From Callorhinchus milii (Eukaryota), in the NCBI RefSeq assembly GCF_018977255.1, contig NW_024704743.1, positions 105,836,001 through 105,900,000 on the forward strand: a DNA stretch of 64,000 bases, read 5' to 3'. Below are positions 63,101 to 64,000 of the stretch, in pieces. A model generated the notes under the pieces. It ran no database searches and was not told the origin of the DNA. It saw only the letters and a list, made by a program, of their open reading frames with translations. The translations under genes were made by a program, and so were the position numbers. The stretch's first letter is position 1. The number at the start of each line of letters is the position of its first letter.

Positions 63101-64000
63101 TGCTCTTCAGGCCCACAGCTGTGAGGTTTCAAACCTATCCCCTAATGATCAAATTTCAAATGTGTGTTCTCCATAACCATCAATGTAATTCAGACAACTG
63201 CAATAAGCCAAAAATGGCTTAAACATTTTTATACTGGTGTCTAAATTTGCGAGATTCACTAAAGTATTTGTAAATAGTGAATCATGCAGACACTAAACAT
63301 AAGTCTCTGGAACTCCAGTAGGTCACCAATCACAATTTCCAGGAAGCCACACTGTGTCCAAAGGAAGCATGTGAATGGGCAGGAATATTGGTATCCAAAT
63401 GGAATTCTGTAGAGTTGGATTGAGACACATCCAGTTGCCTATAATTGTTGCAGATGTGTTTTAACTCCTTCCCTGCTATAAACCTAGATGTAAGTTTAAG
63501 TCAACAGTGCTCTGAGGATAATAACTATAATAATAATCCTTGGATTTAATTATTATTATAGTTGTAGTTAGAACTATAATAATAATTCTTGCAGAATATA
63601 CTGTAAAGTGAATTGACCGCATATTTTGTGGGCGAGATGCAGCAGCCAATTGCACACAGATGCGGTCAAACATGGATTCTTTTAGGACTGCACAGCTCAG
63701 TTCCTCAATGAACTGAGCCATAAGGGAAACCTTTCAACACAATTCACGTAAGCGTATTGTTTACCTGTAAAATGAGTTGAAGAATTGGCCGAAACGTTTG
63801 TTTCATGAAGATAATAAGCCTTTAAATTCTATTTCTTTCTAACAGGCTCTAAAAATAGTACATTACTACTTTCTAACAATTGTAATAAATATTTATGGAG
63901 AAACATTTGGCATAAGAATTAAGTGCCCTTTTTTCCTGAGAACAGGTAGGCAGCAAACCAGAATTTAGTCCGTTTCAGGATCTTTGAGTCCAGGATGTGG

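Noticed and set aside
1..64000. CRISPR arrays, prokaryotic operons, viral or transposase genes
   Set aside because: No regularly spaced repeat-spacer structure and no ORFs resembling these. The composition is typical repeat-rich vertebrate DNA

Overview
This is vertebrate non-coding DNA, intergenic or deep intronic. The repeat content suggests a cartilaginous fish, probably a holocephalan; this comes from recalled repeat families, not a search. I could not recognise any host protein-coding exon. Every ORF with recognisable homology is a decayed retrotransposon ORF2 of the L2 or CR1 clade, and recurring peptides such as '[25 protein letters not shown]...KCKDYYYY' are translated SINEs. The window contains: (i) a young tRNA-Ala-like SINE with a CORE-like segment, a Deu-like segment and an L2-type (ATT)n tail, in long and short subfamilies; (ii) many older SacSINE1/AmnSINE1-type DeuSINEs; (iii) L2 LINE fragments with (TTG)n tails; (iv) CR1 fragments; (v) a few very old SINE relics. 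The most notable observations are a GATA/E-box/ETS cluster with canonical TAL1-GATA spacing (~54.7-55.1 kb), a near-perfect 33-bp hairpin (62622-62692), SINE copies truncated at one recurrent point inside a conserved stem-loop, repeated L2 insertion at one SINE site, compensatory covariation of the LINE/SINE 3' stem-loop, and a 67-bp templated insertion. I found no convincing evidence of a new gene system. Boundaries of the old repeats are approximate.
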